A stretch of DNA of 64,000 nucleotides from Oikopleura dioica (Eukaryota > Animalia > Chordata): the NCBI GenBank assembly GCA_907165135.1, contig OU015569.1, positions 4,712,001 to 4,776,000 of the forward strand, written 5' to 3'. The translations under genes and the position numbers were made by a program. The notes under the pieces were generated by a model that saw only the letters and a list, made by a program, of their open reading frames with translations, searched no databases and was not told where the DNA came from. Numbering within the stretch: position 1 is the first letter of the stretch; each line of letters begins with the position of its first letter. Shown here piece by piece: positions 12,760-24,873 of the stretch.

Positions 12760-14150
12760 AGCCGCGCTGGCAGTTGTGAAAGGGACGAAAGAAGGAATCA
12801 CATCCGACCACTTTTGATACTGCCCGTATGAGACGCCGAGTAGCTTGTCAGACACTGATAGTCCTGCTGCATCATGCTATTCGCATCATCGTCGCGTTGA
12901 AGACCGCTAACTACAGTCAGACTGGCGTGACATGAATGGGCGTTACGCCGGAGGTGAAAAGGGTTCCCTCGTTAACCTCATCATGAGAATGGCAAACGGT
13001 ACTAACTTTTTCCTAGTCAAAATATTTGACTCAAATACATAGTGAATTTCCTCCATAAATACGCTTTCGATAATAGCAAAACAAGAGAAAGTGTTGTTAT
13101 CGAAATTCAAAGTTCTCGAAATGTCTCTAGAACCGAAGTTGTTGTGAGGGCTCATTTTCAAGTTTCAGTCAGTCTGCGTACTTTCGCGGTCCGAAAAGGC
13201 CAAAAAACAGGTAATTCTAATTTCATTTTGTGTAATATATCCGTATTTACTGTGTTTTATGATTCTTTCAAGTAAAAATATACTTTTAGTTGATCCCGAG
13301 CCACAAGATCTTCGAAAATCGAGGAACATCAAAGAAAGAAAAGGTCCTGAAAAGGTGGTTCGTGGATCACAGATATCCTGAAAAGGGATGATTACGGAAA
13401 TAAAGTTCGGAAAACCGGAACAAATTTATAACGTCCCCTGAATAAAATCAATTTCCTCAAAATTATTTTGTGTCCTTCTTTGTTTCTTTTGCAGGCTGTT
13501 AGTGTAGTTTATATGCGGTCGGTTGTAGCGAGAGTGAAGCCTTATGTATACGGTAGATGTCCGTAGAGGCTGTTCTAACTTCGGATTTAGGACAGCTCTC
13601 TAAGGAGAGTCAAAAGGACAAGGAAAAGTCCTCAGAAGTCGGAAGTGTTTTTGCATCTCCAAAGGGGAGGTGATCTAGGTCGTTGCTTGCTAATATATGT
13701 CAATACAGTCGATGTCAATTGCGCATTAGCTGTAGATTCGAATAATTTATCGATATCGGCGAAATCGGCGGCGCAGTAGGAGCTTACATGCCCCTGAACA
13801 AGCATTTTCGGCGTAATGACCCCATGGGGAGGAATGAGGCCGCCTCTCACCGAGACTCAAGGTCGACCAGCGGCAGCATTCTAGGGCGCTTCTTCGGCGA
13901 ACCTGTCTTATCCGCTGTCCGATAAAAATCGCAAATCGATAAGGTGTAATTCTAGGCGGCAACAGACGCCGTAATTTGCCAAATCTGATCCCGGCAGCAC
14001 AAGAAACAGGGTGACAGCGGCGACGTAGGTGTTGTAAAACTCCGAAATTGATCTTGCAAATACGATGCTCCCGAGGTGTCAAACAGTTCAAAAGCTATGA
14101 ACTAGTTCAGAATCGAAACTGTCATAAAATGTACTGCCCATGGGAGCACA
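12760..14150 (-). other. Unresolved coding-like region, possibly a multi-exon gene
   Basis: One clean phase-0 GT-AG junction (FAIIES|EKVSTVCHSH) plus several open stretches; no recognisable domain. Confidence 0.25.
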
Positions 14151-14766
14151 AAAAATTTGCACAGGCGTATACAAAGACAATATTTTCGTCGCAAGCTATT
14201 CCTCCAAAAATAAAGGATCATACCTAATAATACAACTCAGAGTTCGATGAGCAGGGAAAAAACAACTTTTTTGCTAGAAAAAGTAGTTATCCCAATTTGA
14301 GATTGCTTCGGAACTACTCGCTCATTATTCAGGTTTGATACAATTTTGCGTGAATCTACTTTTAATTTCTACTCCTAGATTTTTACGACCATTTCCCTTT
14401 AATATCTGCTTGTTTTCCTAAAAATCTCATTGTAACGAAGATGAAACAGATAATTTTTGGTGGCAAGGATGGTTAATCTTCATTTAGTATAGTTTTGGAG
14501 TGCATCGTTTGAAGATGCTTAAAATGGCCATCCGGAATGTTGATTAATTCTCGTCGATGTTTCCGTAGCAGGCGATTCGTTGTCGGCCGGTGGCGCGCGG
14601 CAGCCCCGGTATCTGGTCGTTGCGTGGCGCTGTCGCCTATTCCGTCGATCGTCCAATTTCTCGTCGCAGAAATCCGTCAGACATCGATATTAGCTTGTAA
14701 AGTAATCCCGAAAACGCAACAAAAAACTTAACATTGCCAAGTTAAATTAGAGAGAGCTGTAAAAGG

Positions 14767-16048
14767 ATGAACTCGCCAGACCTTATGTTCCGCAATGGCT
14801 TTCCACTTGCCTACCAGTACTCCAGTGCGCAGCCTTATCACCAATCAGGTACTCCAGCGGGTGGAACTTACTACATGTGGTCCGGCAGTGAGCCGACTGC
14901 AAGTACGGCACAGACGTTGAATGAAACCGGCGATAGCGTTGGAAACTCCTCCACAATGTCATCTGGCTCTCCTCCGCCACAGGAAGCATTGGTAGAACAC
15001 CAGGTCCTCCATCCTCACAACGGCCATCCTACCCACGTGCCCATCAAAGTCGAAGATGCCTACGGAGGAACCGCCTACCCGACAATGCAAAATCACCACT
15101 TTCATTACCAGCCTCAGATTCAGGTTTGTCCCTTTCCCTCTCGCCGTTGATCATAAAATTATCGAATGAATGATGAATTTGTGGTGCCTTGCTAATTTTA
15201 GCCTACCGGAACTAAACTTAATTCATAGGCTTTGCCCGGGATAACATCGCTCTCCTGGGCTGGCTCCGAACAGGAGGAGTGGAGACTTCGACATCAGATT
15301 CAACATATTCATGACCGTAAGCTATGAGTAAAATCTACTTGAACTCATTTCTTTTCTAGCTAATAAGACTCGAACGCGGGAAAAGTACCGAGTCGTCTAC
15401 ACGAATTTTCAACGGCTAGAGTTGGAGAAAGAGTACAGATTCAATAGATACATTACCATCAGCAAGTAAGTTCAAATGAACTTGTGGAAATTGAAAATTT
15501 GTCAGAAGGCAATTTTTATCTTTGAAATATTAATCTTTTCTTTTCAGAAAAGCCGAATTGGCTAAACAACTTCAACTTTCTGAGCGACAGATCAAGATTT
15601 GGTTTCAGAATCGGTAAGTCCTTGTTGCTATCAAATCCCGGGCGCAGGCAAAATTGAGCGTTGAGTGATCAACCGCCCAGACATTACTTTTCTCAGACAA
15701 AAATGAGCCATTGTCGTCATCTCAGGAATTTAGACGTTTTTTTAATGTCTTTTTTTTAGCCGCGCAAAGGAGCGCAAACAAACCAAAAGAGTCGGCTCCG
15801 AGTCGGAAAACGGCGGCGATGACATCGACGGGGCAGTGAATGATGACATCCTCGTCGGTAGATCTCCCTCTTCGGAGCAAACTATCACTGAAGGAGAGCA
15901 GGAAATCGCAGCGTTGCAGAGCAGCTCGTCCTCAAGCGGTTCTCCGCCTGGCCAGTCTCCTGCAATTCAGAGCATTATGGACAACCTTGTTGATTGCACT
16001 GAGAAGTACTTGAGCAAGACAGAATGGATAAAGTTTGAGCCTAAATAA
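14767..16048 (+). CDS. Cdx: Caudal-type (ParaHox) homeobox transcription factor
   Basis: Spliced homeodomain [63 protein letters not shown]; KYRVVY and RAKERK are Cdx-diagnostic. Homeobox introns at 15466-15547 and 15614-15759. Confidence 0.92.
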
Positions 16049-16497
16049 GATGACTAGTCATCGGTCCACATTCAATAAGTATAAAAAACCCGTAATTTTA
16101 CTGTGCCCGTCATCAAGACTTGAAAAATGAACTGTCTGAATTTTGCTCACTGCAAATCATTATATTTGCAATGTCACTGTACATTTTATTGTTCACTGCA
16201 ACACCATCACCGAGTTATGTTATTTCATCAAATTGCTTAATAAAGGTCCAGAATAAACCCTCTTTATTCTTCTTGATTTCCCAGCTCCACTGCCATTTTT
16301 TCCTACTAGAATAGCAAAGTGTTGACCTTGTAATTTTGTAATAATTGATAACAAAGTAGTAAACAGGGCAAAAAAAGTTCCCAAGTCAAGATTGTAATTG
16401 ATTAGGTAATTTATTACGAGGCGATTATCATGAATGAACATTTTATGAGCGCGAGTCTATTTAGAGATGTCTAGTTGGCAGTTTTCATTTAAAAAAA

Positions 16498-18060
16498 TCA
16501 GCAATTGAATTCATTTTCTGGCCACAGTCCATCGTTGCAAAATATTGTGCGTTCTTCATCCGCGCAGGAGATGATGCAAAAGTACGGGTTGCAAAATTCC
16601 TGAACTTCATTTGGTGTCAGTGCTTTGGGTGTTTCCTTGCAGAAGATAGGACGTTCTTTCACTAATAAAATGGACAAATGTTCATTTAATCAATTTAAAG
16701 TTGTGTCCCGCGAATACGAATTAAATAAATGAGTCACAGATAATTTTTTTTGCCCATTTCCTAGGAAATCAATTAAACTTATTTCTGGGTCGAGCATGCG
16801 ACAGAATACCTTCTCAGCGAACTCAGGAAGGATCCATTCATTAGTTTCATTATTACAAATAAGATAGGGTATGTTCGGGGATCGATTCATGGGGCATGAG
16901 AAAAAACACTCTGCGACGCGACAATCGACGCTGACGAGATCGTCGATTTCAACTTGTTGCGAGACATCAGCGCACTCCCCTAGCTCGTAAACTTGATTTT
17001 GCTTCGTAGACGGATTATTGATGAAAAGATCGGACTGCTGCGTGCTTGTCTCCAACCACTCCATTTCCGATTTTAATGACGCCGTTGTCTCCATGTAAGT
17101 TGTCGTTTCAGAATGTGACTTACCAACAGATGTCGGATTTGATACTGTTGTTGCTTCGTTTGGCTTAGTCGTCGATTGTGCAGATGTGGACGTTGTTAAA
17201 TGTTTTGTTGATGTTGTTATAGTCGTTAAAGTAGTAGATCTGGTAGTGGAAGATGTTGAAGTCGTTGAAGTCGTTGTACTAGTAGTTGTTGTTTTCGCCC
17301 AGTGAGGAGTTGTTGTAGCTTTCGGTTTTCGTTTGCGTTTCTTCGGTCTATTGAAAGATTGAAAATATTTTTCAATCTTCATTCAAATGATAATACCTTT
17401 GAGTAGTTACTGGCGCTTTCGTGAATTGAATCCAATCAAGAAGACTATCATCCGCTTCTTCTACAGTTAGTATCAATGAACAGTCATCGTTTCCGCTACC
17501 GCTATGTGTATCGTAAGCAGTAACGATTCCTTTGAAGCGCTTTTTCGATGAACTTTCTTCTGTTTCGTTTTTAGAATTGAATTCGCCGTAAACTGCCGCG
17601 CCTTGATAACTTTCGCATTTTACATTATTCATAAGGACACACGGAGAAGAACCATTTTCATCAATTTTGCAGTCGTTAGTCCATATTCCATTTTGTACGG
17701 ATGCATGACTTAGTACTGTCACCTTGCTTCCGTTCGGCAGCGCTGAAGATTCAATTTCTTCTACTGTCGGTAAGCAAGCAGGCTTTTTTTTGAGTGTCGA
17801 ACATGAAATTTGTTTATAAAAAGAAATGATCGACTAAAGTTCGAAACAGACCTGTGTGAACATGACGTAGTCTTCTAAGTGAAGCAAGCAAGTGGATATT
17901 GAGCCTTTGTAAAATCGCCTGATGATCTTTTCCAGGTTGAAACTAGACTTTTCTGGAAAGCGAAAAATGAAAGAGTTTGAACCGAAGCCGGAGCACAAAT
18001 GATCCAACGACGCCACGCGAGACTAAAAGCGTAGCATCATCAGGGCAACAGTCTGCATCA
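16498..18060 (-). CDS. Extracellular protein with a Thr-rich mucin-like linker and two degenerate CCP/sushi-like modules; 5' end uncertain
   Basis: ORFs 17372-17722 and 16690-17382 (poly-Thr tract; CRVAECFFSC..ICNNETNEW); last exon FCNPYFCIISC..FCNDGLWPENEFNC*. Confidence 0.55.
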
Positions 18061-18625
18061 GTAAGGACTCTGTTCGCAAGATCGCCAAGAACCACTCCAG
18101 AGCAGTCATTAAAATCTACAGCAGGATGCAAGACTTTGTCTTTCTGTCATATTTATAAATGTAATTTGCAAGCCTGTTCTGGACTCTGAATTTTCACCAT
18201 CCAAGGCGGCGGGCCAAACGAATTGATCTCTACTTTTGAGCATTGCTGAGCTCGCAGATAACTTATATAAAAAGACAGAAATATCAAACGACACATTGTT
18301 ATTTCTTTTTTTAGCCCTGCAAAAAGTTTCACTCGTGGAGACTAGCAGACTTCAACCGCCTTGCCCAATTCCTCGCCGTTATCCTTAAATTGGCACCTTG
18401 AATATTTGCTGACGGGCAAAATACTAGGCTGGAAATATCGAACTTCGACATAAACACGTAGAATGTGGTATTTATTATTTACATTCAGTAGTTTTAACGC
18501 AAACTTTTTACATATATTATCAATGAGCTTAAATGCTGAAAAGATTGTTTCCTCACAGAATAAGCTATAGACAAGTGTTAGCAAAAGAATTGCTGATAGG
18601 CATATCATATGCCGCATATGAGAAG

Positions 18626-20009
18626 TCACAGAATATTTTTGAGCTCCAAGGATTCAACCGACGCTGCTGCAAAACGTCCTTGATCAGCATTGCGATTGTG
18701 AGACAGTGTTTTAGCAATTCTACTGATTTTTTGCTTTCGTCGCCGTGCTCGTTCGTGGCGCAGGATATTCGCTGTCTAAAAATAATTATTGATTCTGAAT
18801 CCAGTGACCGTTGTGAAGCATGTCTCTTGGTAGACTTACGATGGCGTAAAATGAGATGAAGACGATGATAAATATGCAAAAGCCACCGCCCAGCTTGAGG
18901 AAAATCTTGCCGTCTTTTTGATACTTTAACGTGTTCCCTTAACAGATGCTGGTCGTCGTTTCTTTTCTAACGTTTACCATCTGAATATCCGCTTTTATAG
19001 ACACAATCATTGTGGGTGAAAATACTCTGTTGAACTTTGCACTTGAGTTTTTCTTCTTTTTCAAGTGTTCCGGGGTCGCAACTAGGTATTTATCGGAGAA
19101 AATAATCTGCTCTGATCCTGTCATAATACCTGCAATACCATCCTTGAGTTGTTTCTAAAGAGCTGAGGCATTTCTCGTTGATGTCTTCCGGACATTCCAT
19201 ATTCCAAAATATTTCGATGGGACAGTCCACGTTCAAGTTCACATACGCTTCTCGGCAGTTACGATCGCTAGAAACAATGTTCAGTAAGAGCTTGGTAAGC
19301 GCGTGAACCTTAAACAGTCGTGGTAAACATCATTGCACGAGTAAAAGGTGTGGTTTTTCTCCAGACAGGGCCATGGTAAGTACTGATCTTTCATTCCTTT
19401 GCAAGAATCGGCAGTCGGGCAGCATTCAAAATGCTATTATGTCGTTACGACTTCGATAACGGAAAAAGCTCCTTACAGGTTTCGTGAAGCGATAGCCGTT
19501 TTGCTTAGCGTGACCTCCGAAAAAGAATCCAGAAAGTGCAGAAACACAATTTTCTCGGTTGCAAGGCACTTCATCCGTATGATAGCACTACGAAACAATG
19601 AAGTGTTTACGGTCTCAGAGCTCTGAGGGAAAAGGTCTTGAGGATAAAAGTCAATGAGCGGCCGTACATTTTAAATGTCGCTCGGATTTAAGCAAACAAA
19701 ATTGCCACTTCAAGCTACGTTAGTATCAACTTACGCTCATTGAAATATTGGCCATGTATTTTCCACACTGTTCAACGTTATCGAGGCATTCGTCGAAGTA
19801 TCTCTTACATGAGGCGTCGGACTGGTAACAGGTTTTCTATTCGAACCTCTAGCACTCTGCAAATCGCTTCTAGTAGGAACCTGTTTCTTTTCCATGGTAC
19901 GTAGTTGCTTCTCAAAGACTCGGCCACCGAGCGACTGTAATGTGTGTCCGCTTACTAGCTCAGTGCCAGTAGCCTTGATTATCAAAATGCTAATTTCAAT
20001 CAGCATCAT
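18626..20009 (-). CDS. GDNF-family-receptor-alpha (GFRalpha/GFRAL)-like single-pass membrane protein, 318 aa, 8 exons
   Basis: Exons 20009-19881, 19836-19735, 19587-19477, 19433-19309, 19267-19130, 19081-18978, 18937-18840 and 18775-18626 join by GT-AG introns of 40-147 nt with consistent phase. Product: signal-like N-terminus, two Cys-rich GDNF/GAS1-type domains, TM segment GGGFCIFIIVFISFYAI, then RHERARRRKQK. Confidence 0.78.
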
Positions 20010-20308
20010 TCTGGCAGTTTTACTTACGCTTGCGTGAGCATATGATACGGATCATAGTCGCATATCAACTGAATTTAAGCTATTTCTAATATTTGAAAAG
20101 AAGGGAATAGAGATTTTGTCACGATACGTTATCGCCTCTTTTACTTTAGTCATAAAGTTCGCGAAGTACCAGAAATTATTACGCCCGTTGTGATTTCGAC
20201 TATTTTATAATAAAAATATAGCTTCCTTTCATGAAAACCGACTCAATAACCTTTCAGGAAGATAAGCTTGTAACCGACATTTTCTCTGACTCTGGGGAGC
20301 GTTACGAC

Positions 20309-21687
20309 TTATGGTAATGGTCCACTAACTGTCAGAAACGAGGGGGCCTCTGGAAAACAATAAAAAAATCTTTCCCACAAATACATACTTGGTTCGCAGT
20401 CAGGAGCTTCGCACTTGTAAGAATAGTCCGCAGTCTGAGCAGATTGAGAGTAAGAAGTCAACGATTTCATGAAGAGTTCGGCGTCCGTCTGGTACTCACT
20501 GATATGGCGAATTTCGGCGAATTCAACTTCTTCAAATCGAGTGTCCAAGTTAAAACAGACCTTGTAAAGGTTTTGGCTGTAAAAGTTCAGTGCGTTTGTT
20601 GCTTTTCGTAGACAAAGCATCGAAAAAATACTTTCGGTTGAACTCTGTTCCTAGTCTGACGGCTATACTCGCCATCGATTTGAAGCTGGACATCCGCATC
20701 TGAGCCAGCCTTCTGAGAGCTCCAGTTAAGACTAGCGCCTCCGCCCGTTTGATCAATTTCTTGCAAGTCCGTGATTTCGAAGGTCTTCGAAACGTAGCCG
20801 GGGAAGAAGGTAGTATTACCGTAGAAGGCATCAAATTCATTAGAGAATACGCTTGTCAAGTTGGCTTTGGCATCATCAACCGATGTCTGGTCAGCGAAAT
20901 CGACAACACCCTGGTAAGCTTCATAACATCCTTGAGTGTTCACATCAAAGTATCGACATTCTTGCTCGCTAGTTCGGCAGGACTCGTGGTAAAGACCAGG
21001 TTCACGGAAGGCAAAGTCGGGGTTGAGGTCCATAGCCTGGGTGTAATAAGGGTCGCCCTCGAACTTTGCGTTAACTCCAAGAGCAGCAGTGATCGCAGCC
21101 TGGACATCTGCCTGGGCAAGATCTCCTGAAATTATTTTGTAAAAATATTCAACTGTGCGCTATAATTACCCTGGTACATGGCTTGCATGATCAAGTAGTA
21201 GTTGAATGTATCGAGAGTCCGTTGGTAAAAGTGTCGATAAACAAACTTATTGATTCGTCTGAAAGATGTAAAGGGAATCTCTTTGGTAGTATCTTTATAT
21301 ACCGAGCGGTAGCAATTTGCCCATTTTCTCCCATAGCCTCAACGTTCACATCAAGAATTGCAGGCATCTGTTCTCGGATGTCGTTCAAGTACATCAATTC
21401 CATTGGTCGCTTTCGAGGTCAAAATTTAATATCTTATACTTTCATATTGAGGTTTAAAATTTGTGACCGTCCGTAAGAGGTATCATATCCTGCAATGATT
21501 CCAGTTCCAGGCAGCGACTCCAAAACATATACAAAGCCTAAAAGTAGATTAAACCTTCGATCTCTTGGAGCTTCGGTAATCTTCAGTATGAGTCTCTATT
21601 TTCTCTAAATCGAAAAACTTTACGTTCGGATTTGTAAGTTTCCTGCGCCTGGGCAAGCCCAGCAAGGAGCGGGAGGGAGAGCTTCAT
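20309..21687 (-). CDS. Secreted Cys-containing protein of unknown function, multi-exon
   Basis: Signal peptide MKLSLPLLAGLAQAQE at 21687; exonic ORFs 21191-21403, 20587-21033 and 20309-20620. Confidence 0.55.
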
Positions 21688-21959
21688 CCAGCAGCCGATT
21701 GAAAAGTTGTCGAGTGGTGGACCTCTCTCGTCTAAAACTAAAAAGGGATGAGTGAAAATGGCAAGCCGAGGCAGAGTCGTGAGCTGTTTACGAAACAATA
21801 AGCGCGTTCGGCCGCCGACGACGACAACCGGGGCTGATAACCGCGAATCCGCCGGGCCGATCCTTCAGGAAGCTTATTCACATCACAATTTCGCAGTTCT
21901 TTGATTCTCTTGTAATCCTAGCACCAAGGCGTCTCGTCGAAATTTAGTTCGTTATTGAT

Positions 21960-23150
21960 ATTGAAGCTTCGACTCAAGCTAGTTAGAATTCCACGTCAAG
22001 ATTGCACTTGGAGGACCTGGTATGTAAGCTTTCAAGAATTTATACGCAACATTGTCAGGTTTAAGTATAACTTTGGCAGGTTCATCCAGGTTCTATCGCG
22101 TGTTTCTCTTCGAGCCAAAGAACATTTTAAAAATAAATGAAGAAAACCATTCCCAAGTTCAAGTGTATTCTGGGGTTGGCTGCATCTTCCTATTCACTAA
22201 TAATTCACTAATTCAGTTATCCCTTTGATGCATGTATTATTTGTTCCTATACATAAATAATAGCTGGTGTTAAAAGTGTCGCATATTCTTCATTTTCATT
22301 CTATTCAGATCCCTCGACTATTAGATGCAAATAAAGAGTTTCAGGATAATCACAAGTTGCATTATGCTCTGAAACAGAGATACTTGTTTAATACATTCCA
22401 TTGCATAGTCCAGGACTATAAAAATTGAGAACTCTGATAAGTTACAGACTTATATGCTTCCTTCTTCCGGTGATACATGGATGGAAATCGGCAGATAAAT
22501 CCAGTAGAGATTTGGATTATGGTTGCAAAAGTCAAAGTAATTTTTTTCGTCCATTTTTCTAATTTATATAATTACTAAGTAAAATTCTTGAACCATCGAC
22601 AAGATTTTCATGAAAAAAGCGGTATGGATGATTGTTACATTATTCGAAAGTTGACACTTCTATCGACTGAAAAAAGGCTCAAAGCGGAAGCATTTTATGC
22701 AATGACAGGTTTTCCAAGATATTTTTATTTGTCTCATCTTTTTTTAGCGCCGGGAATGCTCAAGCGATGCTCTTCATAGTACTTTTTGACACTCTGTGTT
22801 GACAAGCAACCATTGTACTTACTTTTTTATTTGTTAAATAAAAGCACTGACGAACAATGACTGGAGAACTTTTATGAGCAATTCAACATATCATTCCTTT
22901 GATCAGCGTATTATTTTTTACAATGATTCGCGTTACTGAAAATTGGGTCAGAGAATTCATAATCAATAAAGGACTAAAGAGAGAACTTGGAAAGGATCAT
23001 CTAAGGAACAGTTTAAACAGTTTTGTGCACTCTGCTGTCAATTATTTGAAAACAGATTAATTAACTTTCGAATAATTTGCGTGAACCTGTGACAGTCGAC
23101 TTATTGATTCCGTCGAGCGCTTAGAATTCGATCTCAAAAACGAAAGAGAA
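21960..23150 (+). CDS. Possible multi-exon orphan gene or N-terminal extension of the downstream kinase
   Basis: Exon-like stretches EFHVKIALGGP|GSSRFYRVFLFEPKN, IPRLLDANKEFQDNH and FLNHRQDFHEK bounded by GT/AG; full model not resolved. Confidence 0.25.
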
Positions 23151-23189
23151 TGGAAGTGGTTCTCATTCTCCTCAGCTTCCGGCGTCTTT

Positions 23190-24751
23190 ATGGGTTCACT
23201 AATAGACTCTAGGGGCAAAAAAACTCTAAAATGGAAAGCCACGCCACTTCAAGTCAGAATTCTGGAAGAAGAACCAACCCTGCTCAATAATGAACTTAGC
23301 AGTGAGAAGATAAAACCCGACTGTACTAAATGGTGCAGCGAGGCATATTCAAAAGCAAGCTTTCATGGAGGAGAAGCGCTGATTTTTAAAGATGCATCAT
23401 TAGCGGAGAAGAATCTGGCAGTAAGAGTTCAGGTTTCGTGGTTTTCACTTGAACATGTCGCATATTTCAGCCCAATCTTGACATATTGAAGAAACAAGAA
23501 CCTGTCAGAGTCAGTTTTTCTAAAATTTTGAAAGAAAACGCTCGCTTCCAATCTCGGATCAATAAGAAAAACGCATTATGTAACTAAACCATTCCTAAAA
23601 TTATTGGAAGACGCAGCTAGATCATATTTCTCAACATAAAGAGTTCGATCATTGAAGAAAGTCAAAACCCAGAGGAAAGCCCTTTTCGTCTGAATTATTT
23701 GCGCTTGAGCTTGACTTGGACTTAATTAATTATCCACCACTCCTCGAATTTCCTTAAAGCGACGGAAAAGCGGTCGTCATCGTCAGAGGCTCAAAAGTCA
23801 ATCCCTTTACACGACAACGTCGTAAAGCACTTGGCGAATGTGGAGATATTCATGAAAGGAGATCATCGCGACTGTCTTGGCTGGATAACTGTGATGGAAC
23901 TTGCTGATACTGATCTTTGGAAGACTTTAGAACTGAATCAAATCTCATGGAGTGATAGAAAAATACTTTTATCAGAACTGTACGATGCTTTTAAATATTT
24001 AGAAAGCATTGGAATTCATCATTATGATCTAAAGGTGAATGGGCGACTAGAATTCACAAATCTATCATTTTAATCTTCTTCTTTTACAAACAATTGTCTA
24101 TCTTAGTTAACAAATATCTTGATAAAAGATGGAAGCATTCGAATTTGCGACTTCGGCCTGGTCTGGGATGAAACTGGACGTGAAAGCTATCGCCAAATGG
24201 GTTACGCCCGACGTGGCGGGACGCGTGTTCGTAATTTTCTTTTTTACTTCTGTTGACAGATTCATAATGAAACATCTTCGGAGCGGTAATTAACCGTGAT
24301 TTATGAACATGAGTAAGTCGATACAAACGGCAGCGAGGATTCGGACTTGAAGCTGGGACACCGGGCTTCTGCGTTGGTAGCCAGCTCTTTCAGGGCAACA
24401 ACACATCTGATACTTTTTCGCGGCTGATCATTTTTCTTATTTGCGAATGGAAGACCGCCTGGAAGATGCTTTTTCATTCCATTGACGATCAGGAACTCAA
24501 AGTCATCGAAACAACGATAAGAACACTTGTGAGTCTCCTGTTGAGAACTATCTCAAAGAATCGCTTTGTAGGACGGGTGGAAAAAAGGACGAACAGCTGA
24601 AACATTTAGAAGACTTCGAATTAATTTCACGAAGGAATTTGGCAACTCAAAGGTCGACCATAAGTATGTAATGGAATCGGTGAATGGAATGAGCAAAACC
24701 GTGATGCTTCCACTTGGTCAACTGAATTTGAGCATTCCCGGAAAGGATTGA
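23190..24751 (+). CDS. Atypical protein-kinase-like protein, multi-exon
   Basis: Motifs FHGGEALI (Gly loop), LAVRV (beta3), VMELADTDL (hinge), HHYDLK|LTNILI (catalytic loop), ICDFGL and AGTPGF. Confidence 0.75.
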
Positions 24752-24873
24752 TTATATGAAATACTTGATTTTTTATCAATATTGATCTATATTAAGGACC
24801 ACCCCACAGTATAAAATAAATGTAAAAGTAAACCTAATGCAATCCTCAAGCAAATACATGCGAATCAATCGGA

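Noticed and set aside
18342-20009. Decayed retroviral env-like pseudogene (signal peptide, Cys-rich, many stops, TM)
   Set aside because: All stops fall inside GT-AG introns; an intact 8-exon frame explains the region.
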